Origin: an uncultured Acidimicrobiia bacterium
Lineage (GTDB): Bacteria > Actinomycetota > Acidimicrobiia > Acidimicrobiales > AC-14
DNA: 64,000 nt
Direction of reading: 5' to 3'
Assembly (NCBI GenBank): GCA_963768975.1
Contig: CAVYKB010000019.1
Location: 198,688 to 262,687, forward strand
Made by a program: the position numbers and the translations under genes. Position 1 is the first letter of the stretch, and each line of letters starts with the position of its first letter. The notes below the pieces were generated by a model, which did no database searches, had not been told where the DNA came from, and saw nothing but the letters and a program-made list of their open reading frames with translations. Of the stretch, positions 19,185-28,972 are shown one piece after another.

Positions 19185-20177
19185 TCAGGGACGCAGCACC
19201 CGCACCGCCCACCGCTCGATCACGTCGAGGGCCTCGGGCGCCATGGGCCAGCGCAGGCCCTCAAGGCTGACCCGGTTCCACACCCGCAGGGCCGGGTCGG
19301 CGGGCACCGGGTTGAAGTAGTGGTCCAGGCCGGGCAGGATCGCAAGTTCGACCTCGTCGTTGCCGGCGCTGTGGAGCACCCGGTAGGCGTTGAGGGCGTC
19401 GGCCACCGGCACGTTGAGGTCTTCGCCGCCGTGGAGGACCAGCGCCGGGCAGTGCACGTGGCGGAACTCCGACGCGTAGTCCGTCTCCAGGTCCTGGCGG
19501 GTCCGGGCCGTGCGCATGGTGACCGTCAGGTCCCGGCCCACCAGCGTCACCGACTGCTCGCCGCCCTGTGCCGCTTCGATGTAGCGCTCCATCTGCTCGC
19601 CTCGCACCAGCTGGGTGGGCAGGTTGGCCTCCAGCCATGACCGTTGCTCCGCGGTGAAATGGTCCCAGTGACGGGCGGGCCGCCCGAGGTTCCACCGCAG
19701 CATCTGCTCGATCGGCGACGCCAGGGCGCCGAGCAGGATGGCGCCGGCCACGTCGTGGTCGTCGCGGCACACGTGGCAGGCGGTCAGGGCGCCGGCGCTG
19801 TGGCCGGCCACCGCCACGCGGGCCGGGTTGACCTCCGGCCGGGCGCGCATCCAGGCCACGGCGGCGAGGGCGTCCTCCAGGTCGGAGTCGTAGTCGGTCT
19901 CCTCGGCCCGTCCGCCGGAACCCCCGAAGCCCCGCCGGTCCCAGCGCAGGGAGGCCACGCCGGCGCCGGCCAGCCGGTGGGCGATCCGCCGCAGGGTGCC
20001 CGGCGCCGGCAGGCCGGGGCTGCCCGGGGGCCAGCCCGGCTCGAGGTCCCCGTCGCGGGTGTCGGCCCCCGACCCTCCGAGCAGGGCCACAGCCGGCACG
20101 CCTGACGCGTCCTCGGGAAGGGCGAGCACGCCGGCCAGGTCGAACGCAGAGGGGACGGTGACCTGGTGCTCGCGCAT
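19185..20177 (-). CDS. alpha/beta-hydrolase fold serine hydrolase
   Basis: Nucleophile elbow VAVAGHSAGALTA (G-H-S-A-G). Confidence 0.75.
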   Translation of the reverse strand: MREHQVTVPSAFDLAGVLALPEDASGVPAVALLGGSGADTRDGDLEPGWPPGSPGLPAPGTLRRIAHRLAGAGVASLRWDRRGFGGSGGRAEETDYDSDLEDALAAVAWMRARPEVNPARVAVAGHSAGALTACHVCRDDHDVAGAILLGALASPIEQMLRWNLGRPARHWDHFTAEQRSWLEANLPTQLVRGEQMERYIEAAQGGEQSVTLVGRDLTVTMRTARTRQDLETDYASEFRHVHCPALVLHGGEDLNVPVADALNAYRVLHSAGNDEVELAILPGLDHYFNPVPADPALRVWNRVSLEGLRWPMAPEALDVIERWAVRVLRP

Positions 20178-20187
20178 GGGCCGCAGG

Positions 20188-20949
20188 TTAGGGGCCGGCC
20201 GCCATCCGCACCGTGGGGTGGGGGAGTGGCACGCTCCCGCCCGACCGCTCGTCGAGGTAGGCGGCCAGGCGGTCGTACACCTCGTCGCCCACCAGCCCGA
20301 TCAGCTCGTCGGCCATGGCCCGGTAGACCGGCGCGGCGCCGGCGAAGGCCTCCAGCGCCTCGGTGCACCACCAGTGGAACTCATCGCCGCCCTCGCCCCA
20401 GTCCGAGCGCTTCCACTCGACAATGGTCGAGGTGATGTGCCCGCCCCCGTCGTCGCGCTCCTCCCGGCGCAGCGGCAGCTGCCAGCACACGTCGGGCTTG
20501 AGGTCCATGGGCCGCTCGCCCCGGTCGAGCGCCGCCCGGTGCAGGGCGCAGCCCGGCCCGCCGGCGAAGCCCGGCCGGTTCAGGAAGACGCAGGCGTCCT
20601 CCACCATTGGCGTCACCCGCTCGCCCTCGGCATTGGTCGTGACCACGCCCTTCGCCCGGCCCTCCTTGCGGAACTGCCACTGCTTGGCGGTCAGCGTCCT
20701 GGCCGCGGCCTCGACCCGGGCCTCGTCGCCGGCGTCGGTGAAGTGGGCCCCGTACGAGCAACATCCCTGCACGAGGTCCGACGCCGGCCCGGTGAGCACA
20801 CCCTGGCAGCCCTGACCGAAGATGCACGTCCACCGGCTCAGCAGGAACGTCACGTCGAACACCCACGTCCGCTCCTCGGTGGGGTCCTCGAAGGAGATCC
20901 ACTCCCTGGCGGTTTCCCCGGCATCGGGCACCCGGGTCCCTTGGACCAC
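20188..20949 (-). CDS. conserved hypothetical Cys-rich protein (about 10 Cys), possibly metal or Fe-S binding
   Basis: Motifs WTCIFGQGCQGV, GCCSYGAHF, CVFLNRPGFAGGPGCALH and HWWCTEA. The start was moved to the GTG at 20949 to avoid a 44-bp overlap with the peptidase. Confidence 0.5.
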   Translation of the reverse strand: MVQGTRVPDAGETAREWISFEDPTEERTWVFDVTFLLSRWTCIFGQGCQGVLTGPASDLVQGCCSYGAHFTDAGDEARVEAAARTLTAKQWQFRKEGRAKGVVTTNAEGERVTPMVEDACVFLNRPGFAGGPGCALHRAALDRGERPMDLKPDVCWQLPLRREERDDGGGHITSTIVEWKRSDWGEGGDEFHWWCTEALEAFAGAAPVYRAMADELIGLVGDEVYDRLAAYLDERSGGSVPLPHPTVRMAAGP

Positions 20950-21004
20950 GCCCGTTGCTGCCGGCGGGGGCCCCTGCCCCGCCGGCGGGCGACCATCCCG
21001 CGCC

Positions 21005-22375
21005 CTAGCCAAGCCGGCCCAACTCCCCGAACAGCTCGCCGGCGGCAAGGATCCCCTTCCAGAACTGGTCCATCACCATGCGCTCGTTGGGAGCGTGGAA
21101 CCGGTCGTCGGGGAGGGCGACGCCCAGGTAGAGCACCGGCGCGCCCAGGATCCGCCCCAGCGCCTCCTCCGGCCCGCTACCCCCGATGCGCGTGAACAGC
21201 GGTGCCTTGCCCCACACCCGCTCGACCGCGGTGCACAGGGCGGCCATGGCCGGGTGGTCGACGGGCGTCAGCGCCGGCGCCACCCCGCCGGCCCGGGTCA
21301 CCTCCACCTCGACACCCTCGCCGGCCTGCTCCCGCACCCACGCCTCGAACGCCGCCGCCACGGCATCGGGGTGCTGGTCCGGCACGAGGCGGAAGGTGGC
21401 GATGAAGCGGCCTGATGCCGGCACGATCGTCTTCACGCCGGCGCCTGCGTAACCGACCGAAATGCCGGTCACGTCGCACGTCGGTCGGGTCCAGATGCGC
21501 TCCAGGAGCGACCGTCCCGCCTCGCCCTCCAGCCGCCCGACGCCGGCCATGGTCTGCCACGCCGCCTCGTCGACGGGGATTTCCCGCATCGACGCCTCCT
21601 CGGCCTCGGTCAACGGCCGGACGTCGTCGTAGAAGCCGGGCAGCGTCACCCGGCGCCGGTCGTCGTGGAGGGCGGCGACCATCCGGGCGATCAGGTGGGC
21701 CGGGTTGGGTACCGCACCACCGAACAGCCCGGAGTGCAGGTCCGCCGGCGCCGTCCGCACCGTGACCCCGAACGCCACCAGCCCACGCATGCCCACGCAC
21801 ACCGAGGGCACGTCGGGCGCCCACATGTCGGTGTCGGAGACCACCACAACGTCGCAGGCCAGCCGTTCGCGCTCGGCCTCCAGCAGCGGTTCGAAGTTCG
21901 GGCTGCCGACCTCCTCCTCGCCCTCGACCAGGAACTTCACGTTGACTGACAGGCCGGCGCCGGCCAGCAACCCGCGCACGGCCTCGACCTGGAACATGGT
22001 CTGGCCCTTGTCGTCGATCGCGCCCCGGCCCCGGAGCTCGCCGGCGGCCAGTTCGGGCTCGAACGGCGGTGTGGCCCACTCCTCCAGCGGGTCGACGGGC
22101 TGCACGTCGTGGTGGCCGTAGACCAGGACGGTCGGGGCGTCGGGGCCGGCGTGGAGGTGGTCGGCGTAGACCGACGGGAGGCCGGCGGTCTCCAGCACGG
22201 TGGCGTTCTCCAGGCCGGCGCCCGTCAGCAGGGCAGCGGTGAACTCGGCCGAGCGGCGGACGTCGCCGGCCCGGTCCGGATGGGCGGAGATCGACGGGAT
22301 GCGCAGCCAGTCGCACAGCGTGGCGACGATCCGGTCGCGCTCGCCCTCGACCCAGTCGCCCAGCAGCAGGTTCAC
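21005..22375 (-). CDS. M20-family metallopeptidase (dipeptidase / ArgE-DapE-like)
   Basis: Motifs LVYGHHDVQPVD, RGAIDDKGQ and VEGEEEVGSPNF, the M20 metal-binding and catalytic signatures. The start was set at the GTG at 22375. The 258-aa Arg/Gly-rich extension of ORF 21005..23149 was rejected. Confidence 0.8.
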   Translation of the reverse strand: MNLLLGDWVEGERDRIVATLCDWLRIPSISAHPDRAGDVRRSAEFTAALLTGAGLENATVLETAGLPSVYADHLHAGPDAPTVLVYGHHDVQPVDPLEEWATPPFEPELAAGELRGRGAIDDKGQTMFQVEAVRGLLAGAGLSVNVKFLVEGEEEVGSPNFEPLLEAERERLACDVVVVSDTDMWAPDVPSVCVGMRGLVAFGVTVRTAPADLHSGLFGGAVPNPAHLIARMVAALHDDRRRVTLPGFYDDVRPLTEAEEASMREIPVDEAAWQTMAGVGRLEGEAGRSLLERIWTRPTCDVTGISVGYAGAGVKTIVPASGRFIATFRLVPDQHPDAVAAAFEAWVREQAGEGVEVEVTRAGGVAPALTPVDHPAMAALCTAVERVWGKAPLFTRIGGSGPEEALGRILGAPVLYLGVALPDDRFHAPNERMVMDQFWKGILAAGELFGELGRLG

Positions 22376-22393
22376 CGGGCGTAGGGTACCGGC

Positions 22394-22582
22394 GTGGCAG
22401 GCGACGTCGACCACGTGCGCGAGCGCCTGGAGGTGATCGCCGAGGAGCTGGCCGACCTGGCCCTCGACCGCCTCCGGGCCGCGGTCGACGGAGACGCCGG
22501 CGCCGCCGGCGAGGAACGGCGCATCACCCGGGCCCGCCGGGCGGTGGAGAAGGCGGCGAACCTGCTCGCCGCCGACGGCTAA
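22394..22582 (+). CDS. hypothetical small helical protein (62 aa), weak call
   Basis: Coding-like periodicity (VRERLEVIAEELADLALDRLRAAV...ERRITRARRAVEKAANLL). It lies divergent from the peptidase, only 18 bp away. Confidence 0.25.
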   Translation: MAGDVDHVRERLEVIAEELADLALDRLRAAVDGDAGAAGEERRITRARRAVEKAANLLAADG

Positions 22583-22971
22583 ACGCTCAAAGCGCCGATC
22601 TTCTTCTGCGCCACCGACGCCTCGCGGCCCACGCCGGCGACGATGCCCCGGCGCCAGTCCGGCGTGAGCGGGCCGCGCTGGCCGCTTTAGGCCGCCTCCA
22701 CTCGGCCCGCCTCCGAGCTCGCGGCCCGCGCCGGCGACTCGGCGTGGTCCGGTGCTGCGACCAGGATCAGCTGGCCTGCCGGCCACCTCGGGCACGCGAT
22801 GGCAGGCGCGCCGTGCCCGCCTCGCCACTCCGCCCGCGCCGCGGCTGAGCGCCGCACCAGCCCTGGACGGACGTGGGTGCGCCCCGCCCCTCGCACGACC
22901 AGCCGGTCCGATACCTCTGCATGCATGCGCATCTACCTCCGATGTCGACCCTAAGTCGGTCCCTCGGCTTG

Positions 22972-23669
22972 TCAACCGGGAAAGTTGAGCGCCGTGTGCG
23001 TTTCTGGTCGTGAGTCCGGGCCACGCTGGTCGTGAGCGCCGTGTGCGTTTCTGGTCGTGATCCGGGCCGCGCTGGCCGTTTTCACGACCAGAAACGCACA
23101 CGGCGGGCTGGATCGAGAAGGAGGAGCCTGGAACTTGCCAGGGCTCCACGACCGTCCAACCGACAGGTCGAGGGCCTTGGCGGCCCTGCCAAGCGGTACG
23201 ACTCCCAGGCCAGCCAGCTCGGCTCGGCGCATCCCCGTGTCGAGGAGGAGGCGGATGACGGCGGTGTCCCGTCGGTCCTCGAAGGACGGCGAGGCACAGG
23301 TAGCCAGAAGCTTCTGCAGCTCCTGGTCGCCAATGACGGCGACGGGACGGGACTGGACCTTCGGAAGGGGCCTGCCCAGCAGTGGGTTGTCCTCCCTCTC
23401 GCCCTCCTGGACCAGCCAGGTGAAGAACTGGCGCAGGACGACGTGGTGAATCTGGGTGGTCGCTGCGGCATGGCCCAGCCTCAGCTCCCGCATGTAGGCG
23501 GCCGTCTCCGCAGCAGTGACGGTGCAGGGATCATGGACCGCACACAGGCGGGCCAGGATCGGCAGGTACGTGGAGACGGTGCGGGCAGCCCGCCCGCTGT
23601 CCTCCAGGTGAAGGCGGTACCCGTGAATAATCCAGGTCGGTTCCGTGCGCCTTCGTGTCAGTGGTCATG
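22972..23669 (-). pseudogene. tyrosine recombinase (phage-integrase family) remnant, with a frameshifted N-terminus and the catalytic domain truncated after Arg box I
   Basis: On the minus strand: SAM-like N-domain YRLHLEDSGRAARTVSTYLPILARLCAVHDPCTVTAAETAAYMRELRLGHAAATTQIHHVVLRQFFTWLVQEGEREDNPL, then ...RDTAVIRLLLDTGMRRAELAGL. After that the frame runs into the repeat element, so there is no HxxR or Tyr. An ATG (MTTDTKAHGT) is present only in a -1 frame. Confidence 0.6.
22987..23105. repeat. tandem direct repeat of about 47 bp (two copies) followed by an inverted copy that forms a 22-bp stem with a 25-nt loop hairpin
   Basis: gcgccgtgtgcgtttctggtcgtga(g)tccgggcc(a/g)cgctgg appears twice (22989-23035 and 23036-23082). 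The stretch 23084-23105, acgaccagaaacgcacacggcg, is the reverse complement of 23037-23058. Confidence 0.7.
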
Positions 23670-23743
23670 CAGTGGCTCCTAGGGGTAAAAGCCCTGGTCA
23701 GAGGCCCTATCCGCTTCGTTGGTCTTCCTCGGCGGTAGGCTGA

Positions 23744-25390
<1,647 letters not shown>

Positions 25391-25511
25391 GTTCCGCAAG
25401 CTCGACGAACGCATCGTCTGGCAGGGCACGCTCGTCTCCGCCGGCACCGGGACGTTCGTCGACCCCGACGGGAAAACCTTCGAGCGCGACGTCGTCCACC
25501 ATCCCGGTGCG

Positions 25512-25922
25512 GTGGTCGTCGTGCCGGTGATCGACGGCGACGTGATCCTCGTCCGCCAGTACCGCGCCGCCATCGACGCCGAGCTGCTCGAGGTCCCCGC
25601 CGGCAAGCGCGACGTCCTCGACGAGCCGGTGGAGCTGACCGCCCACCGGGAGCTGGAGGAGGAGGTTGGTATGCGCGCCGGCTCCATGGTGAAGCTGGCC
25701 GAGTTCTATAACTCGCCCGGCTTCTGCGACGAGCACTCGTTCCTCTTCCTGGCCACCGACCTCACCCCGTGCGCCACCGACTTCCAGGGCCATGAGGAGC
25801 AGCACATGACGATCGAGCGCGTCCCCCTCGACTCCTTCCCCGGCCTCGTCGCATCTGGCGACCTGACCGACGGCAAGTCGATCATCGCCCTAGCCCTCGC
25901 CCGGGAGCACCTGGCCCGGTAG
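25512..25922 (+). CDS. Nudix hydrolase (ADP-ribose pyrophosphatase-like). The true start is probably upstream (about 25383-25392), with no canonical start codon
   Basis: Nudix box GKRDVLDEPVELTAHRELEEEVGM. The in-frame upstream peptide ERIVWQGTLVSAGTGTFVDPDGKTFERDVVHHPGAVVVVP matches the conserved NudF N-domain. Confidence 0.7.
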   Translation: MVVVPVIDGDVILVRQYRAAIDAELLEVPAGKRDVLDEPVELTAHRELEEEVGMRAGSMVKLAEFYNSPGFCDEHSFLFLATDLTPCATDFQGHEEQHMTIERVPLDSFPGLVASGDLTDGKSIIALALAREHLAR

Positions 25923-26041
25923 TCCCGGTTCTGTGTACTGGAACGGTGCGTTTTTGACGCTCTGCGGTACACGGAACGGTTGATGCGGAACTGTTACGTC
26001 GCCGAGAAGGCGCCGTGACCTGCGATGGGGATCATGATCGC

Positions 26042-26659
26042 ATGACCCCACGAATCCGCGCCCGACTCGCCCTCGCCGCCGCCATCACCGCCGCGGTCGT
26101 CACCGCCGGCGTGGTGCCGGCGGGAGCCGGCCCGGAAGGCCGGCTCCGACGGGTGGCCGGCGCCGCCTCCAGCCCCACCTGCGGGATCACCTGGGGCAGC
26201 CTGGCCAAGACCGCGCCCCAGGGCACCCAGGCCACCGTCAGCGGCGCCCGCACCGGCCGCCACAGCTGCTACGACCGGCTGGTCATCGATCTCGCCGGCG
26301 GCGCCGCCGGCGGCTACGACGTCCGCTACGTCGACCCGCCCCTTCGGGCCGACGGCTCCGGCGACCCGCTGTTCGTCGCCGGCGGCGCCCTCCTCCAGGT
26401 CGTGGTCCGGGCGCCGGCGTACACCGCCGCCGGCGTCTCGACCGTGCCGTGGCCCAGCGTCGGCCACCCGATCACCCGCCCCGACCAGTTCGACGCCGGC
26501 GGCTACCGGACCCTCGAGGACCTGGTGTGGGCGGGCAGCTTCGAGGGCCAGTCGACCTTCGGGCTCGGCGTGCGGGCCCGGCTTCCCTTCCGGGTCTTCA
26601 CCCTCGAGGGCCCCGGCGCCGGCTCCCGCGTCGTTGTCGACGTCGCCCACCGCTGGTAG
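26042..26659 (+). CDS. secreted protein of unknown function (signal peptide plus a roughly 170-aa beta-rich domain with one Cys pair)
   Basis: Signal MTPRIRARLALAAAITAAVVTAGVVPAGAG, then CGITWGS...HSCYDRLVIDLAG...VRYVD. Confidence 0.6.
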   Translation: MTPRIRARLALAAAITAAVVTAGVVPAGAGPEGRLRRVAGAASSPTCGITWGSLAKTAPQGTQATVSGARTGRHSCYDRLVIDLAGGAAGGYDVRYVDPPLRADGSGDPLFVAGGALLQVVVRAPAYTAAGVSTVPWPSVGHPITRPDQFDAGGYRTLEDLVWAGSFEGQSTFGLGVRARLPFRVFTLEGPGAGSRVVVDVAHRW

Positions 26660-26685
26660 GCCCACGCTCGGCCGTTCGCCGGCGG

Positions 26686-27159
26686 CTATTCAGCCGGCAG
26701 CCACCCGAAGGCCACGGCGGTGTTGCGCAGGATGTCCATGAGCTGCGGCTCGATGCCGAACCGCTCCTCTCCGATCCGCAGCGACCGGTCCAGGCTGCCG
26801 TCCGCATGGCGCTCGGTAGCCGCCCGCCAGTCGGCCAGCATCTCGATCACATCGACCAGCGTCATGCCGGCGATGCCGTCGTCGAAGTGCTCCGGGTGGT
26901 GGCGGTTGGCGCCGTAGTGGTGGACGAGCACGTCGCCGATATCGGCCAGCGACGACTTGTACTCCTCCGAGCCGTAGGTGCTGGACTGCAGCCTGGGCGT
27001 CACCCGGTCGAAGACCGCCTTCTCCGGCGGCTCCATCTTCGACAGGTCGTGGCGGGTCACCCGGCTCTGGAGGGCGACAATCACCTGGAGCAGCAGCTCG
27101 TCGACCCGCCGGGAGTGCCGCATCGTGTCCAGTGTCGAGTCGTACTCTCCCTGGTCCAT
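26686..27159 (-). CDS. hypothetical protein with a His-rich motif (HHYGANRHHPEHFDD), possibly a metal-dependent enzyme
   Basis: The 157-aa C-terminal part of ORF 26686..27765 has protein-like composition. The remainder is antisense to the sigma-factor gene and was rejected. Confidence 0.5.
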   Translation of the reverse strand: MDQGEYDSTLDTMRHSRRVDELLLQVIVALQSRVTRHDLSKMEPPEKAVFDRVTPRLQSSTYGSEEYKSSLADIGDVLVHHYGANRHHPEHFDDGIAGMTLVDVIEMLADWRAATERHADGSLDRSLRIGEERFGIEPQLMDILRNTAVAFGWLPAE

Positions 27160-27205
27160 GAAGGAGGGAGCGTAGCGGTCGCTCCCCGGCGTACGCTCCC
27201 GATCA

Positions 27206-27793
27206 GTGGACGACGCCGACCTCGTCCTGAAGCTGCGGGCCGGCGACGAGGAGGCCTTCCGGCTACTCGTCGGGCGCCACCACGCGTCACTGCTGCGCCT
27301 GGCCCAGACGATGGTACCTAGCCGGGCGGTGGCCGAGGAGGTCGTGCAGGATACCTGGCTGGGCCTGGTCAGGGGCATCCACCGGTTCGAGGGACGGTCG
27401 TCGCTGAGGACCTGGCTGTTCCACATCCTGGTGAACCGGGCCCGCAGCACCGGCGCGCACGAGCGCCGGCCGGCGATGGGCCAAACGGCCGGCCCGGTGG
27501 TGGATCCGGACCGCTTCGGGCCCGACGGCGGCTGGGCCGACCCGCCCGTGCCCTGGCCGGACGACGTGGACGACCGCCTGGTGGCTGCCCAGCTGGCCGA
27601 GCGCATCCGTCCGCGGATCGACGAGCTGCCCGAGATGCAACGCCAGGTCGTAATGCTCCGCGATATCGAGGGACTGACCGCGGAGGAGGTGTGCAGCTTG
27701 CTCGGGCTCACCGAAGGGAACCAGCGAGTGCTGCTGCACCGAGGTAGGTCCCGCCTCCGGGGCATGCTGGAACTCGAGATGGGGAAGGGCTGA
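27206..27793 (+). CDS. ECF (group 4) RNA polymerase sigma factor
   Basis: Region 2 EAFRLLVGRHHASLLRLAQTMV...AEEVVQDTWLGLVRGIHRFEGRSSLRTWLFHILVNRA. Region 4 PEMQRQVVMLRDIEGLTAEEVCSLLGLTEGNQRVLLHRGRSRLR. Confidence 0.9.
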   Translation: MDDADLVLKLRAGDEEAFRLLVGRHHASLLRLAQTMVPSRAVAEEVVQDTWLGLVRGIHRFEGRSSLRTWLFHILVNRARSTGAHERRPAMGQTAGPVVDPDRFGPDGGWADPPVPWPDDVDDRLVAAQLAERIRPRIDELPEMQRQVVMLRDIEGLTAEEVCSLLGLTEGNQRVLLHRGRSRLRGMLELEMGKG

Positions 27794-27797
27794 CGCC

Positions 27798-28052
27798 GTG
27801 AGACTGCGCCGCCGTCCCCCCGCGCTGGCCTGCCGCCAAGCGGTCGAGCTGGTCACCGACTATCTCGAAGGCGCGCTGACAAGGCGCGACCGGGACCGTC
27901 TGGAGACCCACCTCGCCGCCTGCCCCCATTGCACCGAGTACCTGGCCCAGATGCGCCGCACGCTCGACCTCCTGGGCCGCATCGAGCCCGAGGAGCTGGC
28001 CCCGGAGGTGCAGGACGAGCTGGTGGCCCTCTACCGCCGCTGGCAGTCGTAA
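27798..28052 (+). CDS. zinc-binding (zf-HC2 / ZAS-type) anti-sigma factor
   Basis: Motif H-x3-C-x2-C in THLAACPHCTEY, 84 aa. GTG lies 4 nt after the sigma stop. Confidence 0.8.
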   Translation: MRLRRRPPALACRQAVELVTDYLEGALTRRDRDRLETHLAACPHCTEYLAQMRRTLDLLGRIEPEELAPEVQDELVALYRRWQS

Positions 28053-28096
28053 AGATTTCCTTGTAACGAGCCTCGCGCCGGCCGGACAGTAGGGGC

Positions 28097-28972
28097 GTGG
28101 AAGCGCCCCTCGCCCCGAACCGGGCTCGAGACGACCGGGTGCTGCGCTCGACGCGCGCCGTGTCGATCGTCATTGTGCCCATCCTGACGGCCGCCTTCGT
28201 GATCCTGTTCCTGTTCCCCGGCCAGACCCGCACTCTCTGGGGCTGGACGATCCGCTCCCGCATGAGCTGCATGTTCATGGGCGGCGGCTACCTGGCCGGC
28301 GCTCTGTTCTTCTACCGGGCGTCGCGAGCCAAGGAGTGGCACCGGCTCGGGCCCGGGATCATCGCCACCACGGTCTTCGCCGGCGCCCTGGGCGTGGCCA
28401 CCTTCCTCCACTGGGACGAGTTCAACCACGACCACGTCTCCTTCTGGGCGTGGCTGGTCCTGTACATCACCACCCCGCTGCTCCTGCCCCTCCTGTACGT
28501 GAAGAACCGCCAGTTCGACCCCGGGACGGCCTCGCCGGACGATGCCCCTATCCCGCGGTGGATCCGCACGACGCTGACCGTCATGGGCGCGGCCCAGTTG
28601 CTGTTCGCGATCACGCTGTTCTTCCGGCCGTCGCTGTTCCAGGCCGACTGGCCGTGGACGCTCTCCACCGTCAGCGCCCGGTCGCTCGCCGGCTTCGCGT
28701 CCTTCCCGGCCATCACCTACCTGGCCTTCGCCTTCGAGCGCCGGTGGAGCGCACTGCGCTGGCCGTTCGAGACCGCCATCGCCGGCGTCGCCCTCATCGC
28801 CGTGGGCGCGGCCCGCTCGTCGGGCGACTTCACCGACGGCACCCTGGCCTGGCTGTGGCGGGCCGGCCTGCTCGGCGCCCTCGCCTTCCTGGTCTTCATC
28901 TGGCTCACGATGCGCCGGGAGGTACGGTCACACCATGATCGTGGGGGTGCCGGCGGAGACGAAGGAGGGTGA
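28097..28972 (+). CDS. integral membrane protein of unknown function (about 8 TM segments)
   Basis: Multiple hydrophobic helices (IVIVPILTAAFVILFLF, LAGALFFY, IIATTVFAGALGVATFL, WAWLVLYITTPLLLPLLYV ...). It sits directly downstream of the sigma/anti-sigma pair and overlaps the ald start by 38 nt. Confidence 0.6.
   Translation: MEAPLAPNRARDDRVLRSTRAVSIVIVPILTAAFVILFLFPGQTRTLWGWTIRSRMSCMFMGGGYLAGALFFYRASRAKEWHRLGPGIIATTVFAGALGVATFLHWDEFNHDHVSFWAWLVLYITTPLLLPLLYVKNRQFDPGTASPDDAPIPRWIRTTLTVMGAAQLLFAITLFFRPSLFQADWPWTLSTVSARSLAGFASFPAITYLAFAFERRWSALRWPFETAIAGVALIAVGAARSSGDFTDGTLAWLWRAGLLGALAFLVFIWLTMRREVRSHHDRGGAGGDEGG

Noticed and set aside
22583-22971. Searched for a tRNA or tmRNA gene next to the integrase remnant
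   Set aside because: No T-loop-like GGTTCRANTCC or cloverleaf could be folded. The only tRNA in the window is tRNA-Pro at 61620.
22376-23149. 258-aa N-terminal extension of the M20 peptidase ORF
   Set aside because: It has no peptidase similarity, is Arg/Gly-rich, and overlaps the remnant region. The conserved N-terminus starts at the GTG at 22375.
26686-27765. Full-length 359-aa minus-strand ORF
   Set aside because: Only the C-terminal 157 aa (26686-27159) look protein-like. The N-terminal 200 aa are Ser/Arg-rich and antisense to the ECF sigma gene, whose domain structure is unambiguous.
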